A program made the translations under genes and the position numbers. Source: a virus (Duplodnaviria > Heunggongvirae > Uroviricota > Caudoviricetes). From it: a DNA stretch of 64,000 nucleotides. Positions within the stretch are counted from its first letter, which is position 1. Every line of letters starts with the position of its first letter. Shown piece by piece: positions 19,201 to 28,792 of this stretch. The stretch lies in IMG/VR virus record IMGVR_UViG_3300029736_000004; one strand, written 5' to 3'. The notes below the pieces were generated by a model. That model was not told the origin of the DNA. It saw only the letters and a program-made list of their open reading frames with translations, and did no database searches.

Positions 19201-20124
19201 GCCGGGATAGTTGGGGGAGATCCCAATATGGGGCTAAATCTCGGCCCTGTCAGTTCTCCGGAAGAGATGTCCTCGTTAGCAGCAAAAGCCAAGCAATTGG
19301 ATAAGTTTCTTGTTGAAAAAATATCCAGAGCAACGGGCAAAAACTTTAGTTTCCAGAAGGCGGAACAGATCGCCGATATCACTACGGCTATACAGCAAAA
19401 GCGCAACGTTAACCGCGATACAGAAACCATTGGCCTGCTTCCGGAGAGTCCGGCAACCATCAGCGAGAAGCGTGCCACATCGACACCGGCGGGTGTGCAG
19501 ATGTACGACAACGGCTACAAGGTGGTTGAAGGTGAGGACAGGGGCTTCTTTGGCTCGCTATTTGATTCAACTGTGTCAGGGCTTAACCAGGTAGGCTCCG
19601 CCGTCCTCCCCGCCGTTGGAGATAACCTCTCGCGACTTGTGGGCGGTATTGATAGCACCGGAATGTTAAATGACTTTGTATTGCAGTCCTCTGGACAGAA
19701 TACCGATGTTGCTCGCGCTATTAGTCCGTTAACAAGGAGTGTTGGCGGTTGGCTGAATGGTGGCATACAGAAAACGGCGGATACGATCAGGGACACAACT
19801 GGCGCAATCAATCAAAGCCTGTTTGCTTCGGGCGTGGCTGCTAAAGAACCGTTCCTTGCAATGCCTCCGCAGCTACCAATCGTCACGGACCTCGCACGAA
19901 GCGGAATAAGGCAGATGCTAACAACAGATACCGCAAATAACGATCCGGCTATGTTGAAAGCACTGGAGAACGTTTATTCCGTTCTCAAAGAGATTCTTGG
20001 CGTAAGCAAAGACAACCGAAAAGGCGATCAGGACAAAGTTGTGAACACATCACAACCACAACCTCGTCAGCGTGCCAGCACGACTATCAATGACCCATCT
20101 CTTGACAAATTACTGGAGGATTAA
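16261..20124 (+). CDS. tail tape-measure / injection protein (Sit-like)
   Basis: 1287 aa, Lys/Gly/Ala-rich, directly upstream of baseplate genes; start uncertain (GTG 16261 or GTG 16327 coupled to a 17-codon upstream ORF). Confidence 0.5.
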   Translation: MAGTPYGKSTGREIQSPRQKNRVITADVSEVILNDKKDRIAIIDAIQTANAKELAALSEIKKALESYGRNPDTSDAPQGRVSRRLARTGKAGAQRNSFTQGPYKDRLPAKKQRLRINNASEIDNPQKAAADHRTAHSESKTAPLAEGKATKSSPERIQSLTSDIQPARQEQPVRENQSIAGAPLRDSNGRFASQKKNEDLARQNELRAQAKLQVGFLRKLGSIMGVDGSGKVDDGAVTDAAGVGAGGPLWMAARGVFDISREITGKAKSLKEWIDNGNDKAAGAPVVAKSPAITYPAPDNERKTPDNAPGSAKAFTEAVKEKSVRAIEEQTKVLQRNDSQIIDELETVSEEIRKLRKSQESGLKLSDLLGGGGLRTKISPTRGRSSARGGNTGRTGDSKENKGKKGKNTSKPTETGRSQEGKEGKKNQPGKNNSAGEEKNRTKNAGGNEGSTSPKSSGDKSSVKTRAGKVTEESVAKTVTGGAAGKDAGKAATSAGESLTRKEAGKVAVATGENIAKKEAGKVALKAAGGVAARAGFRAIPVIGQVAMVGYDAVDGYSDTEAQRATYNLKEGQDVTTQQKSAYAAANVLDMGGLVTGAANLIGEGMSALGFEGVGQKLQSLDTSNIARGINSSIDASKNAFSSLKESFSSSSEGTAQVKKAVEDGTKQTVAAINDLARQLQGGRRGEDGVGEHGYKSPDEFKAPEKNTITADLNIGGSNAKNRNYRNNNLGNLVFANQEGAVLEAPNAKGEQRFARFNTPEEGIRALANQVSSYYNGTSAAAGYQKLQTVSSIISKWAPPTENNTNQYIENVSKYLGVSPNDKIDVSNPEVMTHLVRAIATKEGGNPAVNNNFIKTALGSFNAKTGRWEGQFNDETLEHINKIQKEKGGPLIARNSQYSVGSKVKYANGSSSAIPASSVAQAVMPSPTDVVQHAQAAKKPKAAQQENAQAISHAKASGNSSAAAGLTERLMSADGVGGVIAGIVGGDPNMGLNLGPVSSPEEMSSLAAKAKQLDKFLVEKISRATGKNFSFQKAEQIADITTAIQQKRNVNRDTETIGLLPESPATISEKRATSTPAGVQMYDNGYKVVEGEDRGFFGSLFDSTVSGLNQVGSAVLPAVGDNLSRLVGGIDSTGMLNDFVLQSSGQNTDVARAISPLTRSVGGWLNGGIQKTADTIRDTTGAINQSLFASGVAAKEPFLAMPPQLPIVTDLARSGIRQMLTTDTANNDPAMLKALENVYSVLKEILGVSKDNRKGDQDKVVNTSQPQPRQRASTTINDPSLDKLLED

Positions 20125-20129
20125 GACCG

Positions 20130-20504
20130 ATGCTTTATGAGATTGATGCCCGCCTTCAGACAAACGAGAGCGGGGTGGTGATCGCTGAAGGCGACACAAA
20201 CGCCTGGATAGCCCGACTCGATGAATGGCTACGGACACCAAATGGCAGCGTTTACGGATTGCCGTCATGGGGGAATCCGATGGAGGAGTTCAAACACGAA
20301 CCCTTCGGTTCTGATACGTCACACATTGTTGAAGTGGCGATTGAAGCGCGAATGATGACGAAGCTACAGCAGGACTTACCAGGGCTTGGACTCCAGGCGA
20401 TCCGCTGCGCGACTGTCTCTGAAGACCAGTTACTAATTAGCTTCCAGGCAAAAGGAGGCACCGTGAATGTTGTTATGCAGAAAGATAGCGGAGATACAGC
20501 GTGA
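20130..20504 (+). CDS. baseplate protein (gpW/gp25-like)
   Basis: 124 aa immediately before the J-like gene, matching the P2-type W-J-I order; GGAGGA SD. Confidence 0.4.
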   Translation: MLYEIDARLQTNESGVVIAEGDTNAWIARLDEWLRTPNGSVYGLPSWGNPMEEFKHEPFGSDTSHIVEVAIEARMMTKLQQDLPGLGLQAIRCATVSEDQLLISFQAKGGTVNVVMQKDSGDTA

Positions 20505-21931
20505 GTATTACCGAATTACTGGACAAGTTTAATGCCAAGCTGAACGAAAACCCCTGGTGGGCGCGATTTGTAAACAGCCAGTTTATTCAAATGCAGTCCG
20601 TTTTGGGCGCGCAGATTGTTTATATTGCGCGTACATTTGCAAGCCGTGCACTTACAGAAGGATTCATTTCCACCGCGACGCGTAGAGCAAGTATTCTCGC
20701 GGCAGCGGAAGACCGTGGCTATGTCGGTCGTTTGGTCGATGCGTCATACGGCACTGTTTCCATCACCAACAAAACCGACAGGGATATTACTCTACCCGGA
20801 GGGGCTGAATTACTGACAAGTGACCAGACACCAATTGCAACCAGCAGTAGTGTTGTTATCCCTGCTGGTGAAACAGTACCCGGCATAGAAGTAAAACAGC
20901 ATGAAGCAGTCAGCGTAACGTTCGACGTGGTGCAAGAAACACCATTCTTGACGCTGTTACTTTCCCGTGAGTTAACAGCAGAAGTCGCCAGCCTGGAAGT
21001 TGTCGTGATAACTAATGGTGTCGAGGAAAAATGGACACATAACCCCCTGTTCCGCATGTCCAGGGATAACAGTAAACATTATGTGTTGGTTTATAAGCCG
21101 ACAGAACAGATCGGCGTGCGCTTCGGTGATGGATCAATGGGGATGATGCCAGCGGCAGGGAGTCAGGTACGCATTGACATTATGGCAAGCCTCGGTGATT
21201 ACACGCTGGCTGAAGGCCAGAAACTTGAACCAGCAGGGAACATCTCCGGGTATGTCGAATCACTGGAAGTAAAAACCGATTCGATCATTTCTGGCGGTGG
21301 TGGCATGGAAACTACCGAGGAAACCCGAAACAGGGCGCAGTATTATGTGGCCTACGATGAGCAGGTTGTTTGGGGCGGTGATTACCGCCAGTTCATTCAG
21401 AACGTGGTCAGTGGCACGTCATGGCTTAACGTGTGGGGGGAGGCGCTACAGGAGAAAATAACGGGCTTTGATGTGCGTAATATCAACAAAATTTTCTTTT
21501 GTGGGCATAAGCCCGGCGTAACACAGGAAGCTCTGAAAACAGAGATATTATCAGCCCTTGAGAGTATCCCTAATGAGCTGAATAAGAAGTTCGAATACGT
21601 CGCCACCAATGAACAGCCGTTCAATATCAAATTTACCGGTATCGTAAAAAAGAGTGTGCTGGTGGATGACGCGCTAACTGCAATTAAAGCGGCACTGGAG
21701 GAGAACTTCGGTAAAGACTCCATGTCATTTAACCAGCTATTGCAGAGTGATGACGACTCACAGCAATGTTATGCACAGGTCAAAGTAAAAGATATCTGGC
21801 GAGTAATCGAATCGCTGGATATGTTCCTGTCTTATGACGTGGCTACGCAGAACATGAAAGAAGCAGTGTACTTTAATGATTTTGTTTATCTGGACGTGGA
21901 ATCATCAACGTTCAGCATAACCTATCCGTAA
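20501..21931 (+). CDS. baseplate J-like protein
   Basis: 476 aa; GTG start overlaps upstream stop (GTGA); position between W-like and I-like genes. Confidence 0.5.
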   Translation: MSITELLDKFNAKLNENPWWARFVNSQFIQMQSVLGAQIVYIARTFASRALTEGFISTATRRASILAAAEDRGYVGRLVDASYGTVSITNKTDRDITLPGGAELLTSDQTPIATSSSVVIPAGETVPGIEVKQHEAVSVTFDVVQETPFLTLLLSRELTAEVASLEVVVITNGVEEKWTHNPLFRMSRDNSKHYVLVYKPTEQIGVRFGDGSMGMMPAAGSQVRIDIMASLGDYTLAEGQKLEPAGNISGYVESLEVKTDSIISGGGGMETTEETRNRAQYYVAYDEQVVWGGDYRQFIQNVVSGTSWLNVWGEALQEKITGFDVRNINKIFFCGHKPGVTQEALKTEILSALESIPNELNKKFEYVATNEQPFNIKFTGIVKKSVLVDDALTAIKAALEENFGKDSMSFNQLLQSDDDSQQCYAQVKVKDIWRVIESLDMFLSYDVATQNMKEAVYFNDFVYLDVESSTFSITYP

Positions 21932-21940
21932 GAGGTCACA

Positions 21941-22783
21941 ATGCAGAATAACTGGCTAAAAGAGCGTCTGACGCAATTTAAACAGGATTCTAAATTGTGG
22001 GCCGCCTTTGTTGATACGATTCAGGACGTGTGGAATGAATCGGTTGAACCTATTCTCACGCGAATAAGCAACCGTAAATCGTTTTTCACAATGGCAAGCG
22101 AGGATATGGACACTCGCATTGCTGAATATGGTCGTTTCTTTGTTATCACAGAAACGGACAAAACACGCAGGCCAATGCTATTAGCTCAACGACTGGATGA
22201 GGTGCACTTCAAAGGAACAGTAAGGCCGATAGAGCAAACGTTCTGGCGTGAATTTGGCACAATCCCCGTCTCATGGGAACCTTTGTATGCGCCTGTCGAT
22301 ACAGAAAAACATCCCTATGGTTCATTCTTCGCGACTGCAAATGAAATACCGACTGCTCAGGCACAATATGGTGAGTTTTTCCTGACATCCAGAGGGCTGG
22401 TTGTCGTCAACCAAAATAAGCTGTATCGAGCTTATGATAGCGATGACAGAGACGTTGCTGTACAGAAGCTACTTGCTGATTTTGATACGGTTATAGCGCC
22501 GCTATTGCCATTGCATATCGTGTTTGATGGTGTTTCTTTCCAGTTGAGCGCAACATTGCCGGAAATGGCGGAGATCCTGAATTGCTTATCTGCGGAAGTG
22601 TCCTTTATTGAGGGGGTGTACACGACGCAAGAGATGGTCGATGAACTATCTATTAGCGATACGATCATTCAATTAGACGGCATCCAGTTCGCAGGAAGGC
22701 CAGACCGGACGACGGAAAGAGTGCTTCATCTCGATGAACTCCCGCTCGACGCCTGGGCGCTGGATTATAATTTTGCACCTTAG
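21941..22783 (+). CDS. baseplate/tail protein (gpI-like)
   Basis: 280 aa following the J-like gene; hairpin terminator at 22791-22820. Confidence 0.4.
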   Translation: MQNNWLKERLTQFKQDSKLWAAFVDTIQDVWNESVEPILTRISNRKSFFTMASEDMDTRIAEYGRFFVITETDKTRRPMLLAQRLDEVHFKGTVRPIEQTFWREFGTIPVSWEPLYAPVDTEKHPYGSFFATANEIPTAQAQYGEFFLTSRGLVVVNQNKLYRAYDSDDRDVAVQKLLADFDTVIAPLLPLHIVFDGVSFQLSATLPEMAEILNCLSAEVSFIEGVYTTQEMVDELSISDTIIQLDGIQFAGRPDRTTERVLHLDELPLDAWALDYNFAP

Positions 22784-22790
22784 CAAACCA

Positions 22791-22820
22791 GGCCCCACCA
22801 ACCTGGGTGGGGCCATTTCT
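22791..22820 (+). terminator. rho-independent terminator
   Basis: GGCCCCACC-AACCT-GGGTGGGGCC hairpin followed by ATTTCT. Confidence 0.45.
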
Positions 22821-22899
22821 CAAAACAAAAGACCACTGGAAATCACAAACTGAACATACTGCCCTTCGATTTATTGCTTGTTAAAGGGGCTATGTTCGT

Positions 22900-23346
22900 A
22901 TGGCTGAAACTTTAAAATCCCAAAGCGATTCAAGTATTTACAAGGCGCAACTCCTTTCTTACTACTACTCTCGCCGTGCAGAGTCTGCAATCGGCAGGGG
23001 TGAGCGTTTTGTTATGACAAAGGCTTATTGGTGCAAGTCCGATCTTGTGACGGTAAATAGTGCTGGTGGCTGGACTATTTCTGATATTCCGCTCGACTTC
23101 AAGTTAAGTGATGCACAGCATTTTGCTGAATCCAATCTCATTCTTTCCAGCCTCGATGGTGTCATTACGATTAATGCCGCTTTTCCACAAGAAACGATGC
23201 CGGACGATACACCTTACGATTTCAATACGCTGGTTCTCGTAGATGCAGAGGATCAGGCTTTTGGGGTTGTTTGTACTCAACAGGACACCTTATTCAAAGG
23301 TAAGCGATACAGCTTGCTCATGACCATTGAACAGGTCGAGGGATAA
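22900..23346 (+). CDS. hypothetical tail-fibre-associated protein (P1 R position)
   Basis: 148-aa ORF immediately upstream of the tail fibre gene. Confidence 0.35.
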   Translation: MAETLKSQSDSSIYKAQLLSYYYSRRAESAIGRGERFVMTKAYWCKSDLVTVNSAGGWTISDIPLDFKLSDAQHFAESNLILSSLDGVITINAAFPQETMPDDTPYDFNTLVLVDAEDQAFGVVCTQQDTLFKGKRYSLLMTIEQVEG

Positions 23347-23348
23347 TT

Positions 23349-26300
23349 ATGTGCGCAGATAAAGTAAAGAATATTGTCACCTTATCTTCGGACATTTCCG
23401 CTCCACTAATTGCAGACATGCAATACTTTGAGCTGTATAGCACCGAAGCTCTAAACAGGAAGATGAAAAATATCGTTCTGCCCGGAGTGTACTGTGGGTT
23501 TGAACCGGTGCCAGGGGATGGTCTGTTTGTGCGTATTACATCCGAGAAAACAGAGGGAAGAGGGGCGGCTTCAATTGACGTGGGTAAATGTCAGATATCC
23601 GTGCAGCAAGTCAGTGATGTTCTTGTTCCTGTAGAAGCTGGTGTAACGACAATCATCGTTCTTGAAGCTAATTACGAACATGGAGTGAAAACCAGCCAGG
23701 TAGATAGCTCATCGGATATTAGCGCAGCGAGAATTATTGCTCTCGTTGATGAGGAAATAGCATCTAACCAGATTGAGCTATGCCGCGTGATCGTGCCTGA
23801 CAATGCTCAAGCCGTTACCGCAGATATGATTAGCACTGAATATCGTGCTAATCGTGCTGTTGGTGTTGAGTTTTCCAGTGCTTTGGATAGTGACGAAGAA
23901 TATAAAGCCGCAACACCTCTTGCTATCAGCACGTTAAACAAACTAAAAGCTCCGGTTGATAGCCCGGAGTTTATTGGTATACCTAAATCTCCAACTCCGG
24001 AACAAGGTACAAACAGTACACAAATCGCAAACACTGCCTTTGTTCAGGCCGCAATAACCGCCCTTATTGATGGTTCTCCTTCAGCGTTGGATACGCTGAA
24101 AAAAATTGCAGATGCAATTAACAATGATCCTCAGTTTAGCCAGACGATTAATGCTGCTTTAGCTCTTAAAGCACCGTTATTAAGCCCGGCATTTACAGGG
24201 GTGCCAACAGCGCCTACAGCGTCACAAGGTACGAACAACACTCAGATTGCAACAACCGCTTATGTTCGTGCCGCTATTTCTGCATTGGTCGGCTCATCAC
24301 CAGAAGCTCTTGATACTCTTAATGAGCTTGCTGCGGCGCTGGGCAATGACCCGAACTTTGCGGCTACAATGACAAATGCCCTGGCAGGTAAGCAGCCTCT
24401 CGACGCAACCTTAACCGCGCTCGCTGACCTGGCGACGGGGGCAAATAAATTACCGTACTTTACCGGAACAGACACTGTAGCCCAGACTGATTTAACGTCA
24501 GTCGGTCGCGATATTCTTGCTAAAACAAGCACACTGGCTGTTATCCAATACCTTGGTTTAAGAGAACTCGGAACCAGCGGAGAAAAGCTCCCCCTGTTGA
24601 GCACAGCTAATACCTGGAGTGCACGCCAGACTTTCAGCGCGGGGATCACTGGTACGCTGACCGGGAACGCCGATACTGCGACGAAATTAAAAACAGCCAG
24701 AAAGATTAACGGTGTGGCATTTGATGGGTCGGCAGATATTACTCTGACCCCTGAAGATCTTGGCTTAACGGATATTGCTTCTCAAGCTGGTAACGCAGTT
24801 CAGCGTTCTGGCGACACAATGGGGGGGCAGCTAAAAATTGGCACAATAAATGCCCTTCGAATATTTAACCAGGACTTTGGCCTTATCTTCAGGAGATCCG
24901 AGGAATATCTTCATCTTATCCCGACAAATGAAGGTGAGGGAGAAAATGGTGACATCGGCCCATTAAGACCTTTTGCTATAAATTTAAGAACCGGGTTGGT
25001 GTCCATCGGTAATGGGGTAACAGTTAGTGGTGGCATTACAGGTAATTTGACGGGAAACGCAGATACTGCCACAAAGCTCAAGATGGCCCGAACGATCGGC
25101 GGGGTGGCATTTGATGGCACCGCCAATATCGACCTGCCGGGTGTGAACATTGCCGGTAACCAGAACACAACAGGTAATGCTGCAACCGCTACAAAACTTC
25201 AGACGGCACGCACAATCAACGGTGTTAAGTTTGATGGTTCTGCGAACATTTCGATACCAACAATTACGTCCAGAGGGCGTGTTACTGCGCTCACCGGTAC
25301 AACGCAAGGTGCTGCTGCTGGATTGCAGATGTATGAGGCGTACAACAACGGCTATCCTTCTGCTTACGGGAATGTGCTTCATCTTAAGGGCGCAACGGCA
25401 GTTGGTGAAGGCGAGTTGTTCATAGGCTGGAGCGGTACAAGTGGCGCTCATGCCCCGGCTTTTATTCGCTCTCGCAGGGATTCAACAGATGCTGCATGGT
25501 CTGAGTGGGCGCAGGTCTACACATCGAAGGATTCCATCCCTGGTGTAAATACAACAGGCAACCAGAACACAACCGGAAACGCAGATACTGCCACAAAGCT
25601 CAAGATGGCCCGAACGATCGGCGGGGTGGCATTTGATGGCACCGCCAATATCAACCTGCCGGGCGTTAATAAAACAGGTAATCAGAGCACAACCGGTAAT
25701 GCTGCAACCGCAACAAAACTTCAGACGGCACGCACAATCGGCGGGGTGGCATTTGATGGCAGCGCCAATATCAACCTGCCGGGTGTGAACATTGCCGGTA
25801 ACCAGAACACAACAGGTAATGCTGCAACCGCTACAAAACTGCAAACAGCCCGCACAATCAACGGTGTTAAGTTTGATGGTTCTGCAGATATCACATTAAC
25901 GGCAAGTCATGTTGGTGCGTTACCAACAACAGGTGGTACTGTTACCGGTGAAATTATATCCAGCAGCCAAAATGCTATACGCCTAACTTATAATAATAAC
26001 TATGGATTCCTAATAACTAATACTGGATATAGTTTCCAGATATCAACCACTGGGCAAAATGTTAATGGTGATGTCGTTTACACTCCATTAAAGATAGATG
26101 GCGGTGATGGTCGCGTAGAATTAGGACGTGCTGATGGTCATGTAAGGGTTATGGGGAATTTATCTGCCGCTGGTCAGATTACCCCTGGTAACTATAGTAA
26201 TTTCAACACGAAATATCAGGCTAAAAACACAGCATATGCCAACATTCATGGATGGCATAAGGATACATCAACTAAGGTGATGATGCAGTGGGGGATTATA

Positions 26301-26498
26301 GCGGCTGTTACTCCAGGAAGCGTAGTTAAATTTCCGACTGCTTTTCCTGAGGCGTGTGCGGTAGTTGTGATTTCACCTAATAGCGGGAATGCTGTTAATG
26401 CAATTCTTTATACATACAACAACTCAGCCACTGGTTTTACAGTAAAAAGTAGCTCTACTGATAAAGTATATGCACAGTATGTTGCTTATGGGTATTAA
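23349..26498 (+). CDS. tail fibre protein with internal repeats
   Basis: 1049 aa; repeated TGNQNTTGNAATATKLQTARTI(N/G)GV(K/A)FDG(S/T)ANI and GNADTATKLKMARTIGGVAFDG units; followed by Tfa gene. Confidence 0.75.
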   Translation: MCADKVKNIVTLSSDISAPLIADMQYFELYSTEALNRKMKNIVLPGVYCGFEPVPGDGLFVRITSEKTEGRGAASIDVGKCQISVQQVSDVLVPVEAGVTTIIVLEANYEHGVKTSQVDSSSDISAARIIALVDEEIASNQIELCRVIVPDNAQAVTADMISTEYRANRAVGVEFSSALDSDEEYKAATPLAISTLNKLKAPVDSPEFIGIPKSPTPEQGTNSTQIANTAFVQAAITALIDGSPSALDTLKKIADAINNDPQFSQTINAALALKAPLLSPAFTGVPTAPTASQGTNNTQIATTAYVRAAISALVGSSPEALDTLNELAAALGNDPNFAATMTNALAGKQPLDATLTALADLATGANKLPYFTGTDTVAQTDLTSVGRDILAKTSTLAVIQYLGLRELGTSGEKLPLLSTANTWSARQTFSAGITGTLTGNADTATKLKTARKINGVAFDGSADITLTPEDLGLTDIASQAGNAVQRSGDTMGGQLKIGTINALRIFNQDFGLIFRRSEEYLHLIPTNEGEGENGDIGPLRPFAINLRTGLVSIGNGVTVSGGITGNLTGNADTATKLKMARTIGGVAFDGTANIDLPGVNIAGNQNTTGNAATATKLQTARTINGVKFDGSANISIPTITSRGRVTALTGTTQGAAAGLQMYEAYNNGYPSAYGNVLHLKGATAVGEGELFIGWSGTSGAHAPAFIRSRRDSTDAAWSEWAQVYTSKDSIPGVNTTGNQNTTGNADTATKLKMARTIGGVAFDGTANINLPGVNKTGNQSTTGNAATATKLQTARTIGGVAFDGSANINLPGVNIAGNQNTTGNAATATKLQTARTINGVKFDGSADITLTASHVGALPTTGGTVTGEIISSSQNAIRLTYNNNYGFLITNTGYSFQISTTGQNVNGDVVYTPLKIDGGDGRVELGRADGHVRVMGNLSAAGQITPGNYSNFNTKYQAKNTAYANIHGWHKDTSTKVMMQWGIIAAVTPGSVVKFPTAFPEACAVVVISPNSGNAVNAILYTYNNSATGFTVKSSSTDKVYAQYVAYGY

Positions 26499-26529
26499 AA
26501 ATATAGTTAATTAGAATGAAGGCTTTTAA

Positions 26530-26952
26530 ATGGCAAAGTATTACAGCAAAGATACTGGTGGTTTCTACGACGATAGACTAAAAGAAGATTACGATAAAAA
26601 CGGTTCATGGCCGTCCGATGCTGTACATATACCTGATGACTTATATGATGAATTGTTATCAGGGTATGGCAATGGGAAAATAATAATTGCAAATGGCGAT
26701 GGTTATCCAATGTTATCTGACCCACAACCTATGAGCTTAGAGGATAGAGTCAGCATTGCTGAAAACACCAAAAGTAGTCTTATGAATGATGTGAGCATAA
26801 AAATATCAACGCTTCAGGATGCTGTTGATATGGATATTGCCACTGATGAGGAAATAGAAATGTTGACAAAGTTAAAGAGGTATAGAGTTCTTCTTAATAG
26901 AGTTGACACTTCTGTTGATGCAGATATCTCATGGCCTGAGATGCCTGCATAA
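26530..26952 (+). CDS. tfa: tail fibre assembly chaperone (Tfa)
   Basis: C-terminus KSSLMNDVSIKISTLQDAVDMDIATDEEIEMLTKLKRYRVLLNRVDTS matches lambda Tfa C-terminal region (recalled). Confidence 0.8.
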   Translation: MAKYYSKDTGGFYDDRLKEDYDKNGSWPSDAVHIPDDLYDELLSGYGNGKIIIANGDGYPMLSDPQPMSLEDRVSIAENTKSSLMNDVSIKISTLQDAVDMDIATDEEIEMLTKLKRYRVLLNRVDTSVDADISWPEMPA

Positions 26953-26996
26953 ACAATCATAACAATCCAATCAGCACTGCTTTTTTGATATTTCAA

Positions 26997-27021
26997 GCCC
27001 TCTTTTGTTGAGGGCTTTATT
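26997..27021 (+). terminator. rho-independent terminator after tfa
   Basis: GCCCTC-TTTTGTTG-GAGGGC hairpin followed by TTTATT. Confidence 0.55.
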
Positions 27022-27412
27022 AGTGAGTGCTTTTGTGACCTTTTTTAGTAATACAATCCTTTGGTACAAAAAAGCCGCCGTCCAGTCAATGACGGCGGGC
27101 AAAATGAACACTCAGTTAGTGGTATCTGAGAGGGGGGCATTATATTCACTGAATGACGCTTGTGAAGACTCACATGTCATCATTTTGTCCTCAAGAATCA
27201 GCTCACATCTTGCGCATTCAAGCGTATTTCTCTTTAAAGCCGTGTTTGGACCATTTTGTTGATACGCGAATTTGGCATCCTCCACGCTCTGAGTGACGAG
27301 GTTTACGGACCACCGGGCCATCATATGCATCCATTTTGTGTGAATGGCATTTAGTCGGGAAATAACAAACTGGATAAGTTGAAGCCGCGTTAAACGTCAT
27401 TTCTGGAGGGGT

Positions 27413-27739
27413 ATGTTTGCAGATTATGAAAATCTGGCTGTAGCAGTCATAACATCCCTGCTGAGTGGAACCGGCGTATTCCTTCTCGGAGTTAGAGACG
27501 GGCGCATTTCTGCGTCACTGCTCAACCTCGCGAGTGAATTGTTTACTGCGGTAACTGCCGGGCTTGCGGGGTTTTGGGTGGCTGATAGCTATGAATGGCC
27601 GGAAGGCATCATTTACTGCGTTGTTCTGATTGCCAGTAACAACGGAAGTGAAATTTTACAGGGCTTGAAGTCCAGAGCTAGTAACGTCTTGAATCTCTTA
27701 AGCGTAATAGCGAGTGGGGGAAAAGGTGGAGAGAAGTAA
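27413..27739 (+). CDS. holin-like small membrane protein (P1 LydA position)
   Basis: 108 aa with two or three hydrophobic helices; GGAGGGG SD. Confidence 0.4.
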   Translation: MFADYENLAVAVITSLLSGTGVFLLGVRDGRISASLLNLASELFTAVTAGLAGFWVADSYEWPEGIIYCVVLIASNNGSEILQGLKSRASNVLNLLSVIASGGKGGEK

Positions 27740-28185
27740 TGGGTGACTTTGGAAATTATTTCATTTTTATCATGGCATTTGTTGCCGTTATTGACCGTTT
27801 CTTATTTCGTCGCAAGAGTGTTGATATTTTGAGCATTGGCGAAGCTGTAGTGAAAGAGTCTGCTATAGCGTTTCCTGTGTCGCTTCGCGTTAAACGAAGC
27901 TGGGTAAGCAATGCACAAATCGAATATTGGTTGCAGGACTTGAAAAATCCATCTGTGGTTATTTCGGGGAAAACCAGACCAGTTGACGCGTCAAAACGCG
28001 GTGAGAGAGAAGAATATTTGCTCATCGACACGAAATATCTTGAGCCAGCGAAGTGGGATCTAAAGGTCACATTGACTAACGGTAATTGCCGCCTGAATCC
28101 GCTTTATCGCATTTTCCCTATCAATGACTGCATAGAACGTCAGTTTATGATTGAAAAGTGTGAAGGAGACTGGAATGTCAAATAA
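27739..28185 (+). CDS. hypothetical protein (P1 LydB position), N-terminal TM
   Basis: 148 aa; start overlaps upstream stop (TAATG). Confidence 0.35.
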   Translation: MGDFGNYFIFIMAFVAVIDRFLFRRKSVDILSIGEAVVKESAIAFPVSLRVKRSWVSNAQIEYWLQDLKNPSVVISGKTRPVDASKRGEREEYLLIDTKYLEPAKWDLKVTLTNGNCRLNPLYRIFPINDCIERQFMIEKCEGDWNVK

Positions 28186-28792
28186 GTCTAATTATGTTCT
28201 TCTTAATTATGATGAGTTAAACGAAAAGGGGCTGGCAAAACTCGTCAAAGAAATCGGTAAAGGAGGCTACAAGATAGCGAGGGTGATCCCCGCCAGTAAT
28301 GGCAGGAAGAAAGACGGGATCATGACGCGCACGTTTACCCTTATCGGAATCGATGAGCAGACGATGGACGTTCAGGTTAATGATACTGGTGATATTTCTG
28401 GTGTAAAACTGAACGGAAAAATTGTTCCTTTCAAGCCAGTTAAAACGCTGATGGCTTTAGGGCAATCACTGGCTGCTTTATTTAATAAAGGCGCATCATC
28501 ATTTCAGAAATCATTGGCGCGTAAGTTAGCTCGTGCGGCGAAAGATATTGATGATGGGAATAAGAAAATAAAAGGCGTTAAGTCCAATGCGCAGAAACTA
28601 GCAGAGGCAAAGGAATCTCGCGATGCGATCCGCGAGGATATTGAAAGGGCCAAAGAAAAATTAAATCAGGTGCAAGGTAATTCAGACCGCGCAACAAGAG
28701 AAACTGAAATCATTAGAACCGAGATGGCGCAGGAACTGGCGAAAACTCGCGTATTGAAAGAAGAAATAGCGCGCCTGGAGGAAGATGCATGA
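28175..28792 (+). CDS. coiled-coil protein of Dar-operon-like block (Hdf-like by position)
   Basis: GGAGAC SD before ATG 28175 (ORF track TTG start 28151); Lys/Glu-rich coiled coil. Confidence 0.35.
   Translation: MSNKSNYVLLNYDELNEKGLAKLVKEIGKGGYKIARVIPASNGRKKDGIMTRTFTLIGIDEQTMDVQVNDTGDISGVKLNGKIVPFKPVKTLMALGQSLAALFNKGASSFQKSLARKLARAAKDIDDGNKKIKGVKSNAQKLAEAKESRDAIREDIERAKEKLNQVQGNSDRATRETEIIRTEMAQELAKTRVLKEEIARLEEDA

Noticed and set aside
24984-25844. Minus-strand ORFs 24984-25451 and 25482-25844 inside the tail fibre gene
   Set aside because: Produced by the internal direct repeats of the fibre gene read in antisense; Cys-rich repetitive translation, no start signals.
27005-27400. Small ORFs 27005-27262 (+), 27112-27330 (-) and 27218-27400 (-)
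   Set aside because: Mutually overlapping, no SD sequences, and located over the terminator region; none has a recognisable feature.
26953-27412. Invertible tail-fibre segment and invertase expected after tfa by analogy with P1 cin
   Set aside because: Only about 460 bp of non-coding DNA with a terminator lies there; no recombinase ORF and no inverted duplicate of the fibre 3' end was found in this window.
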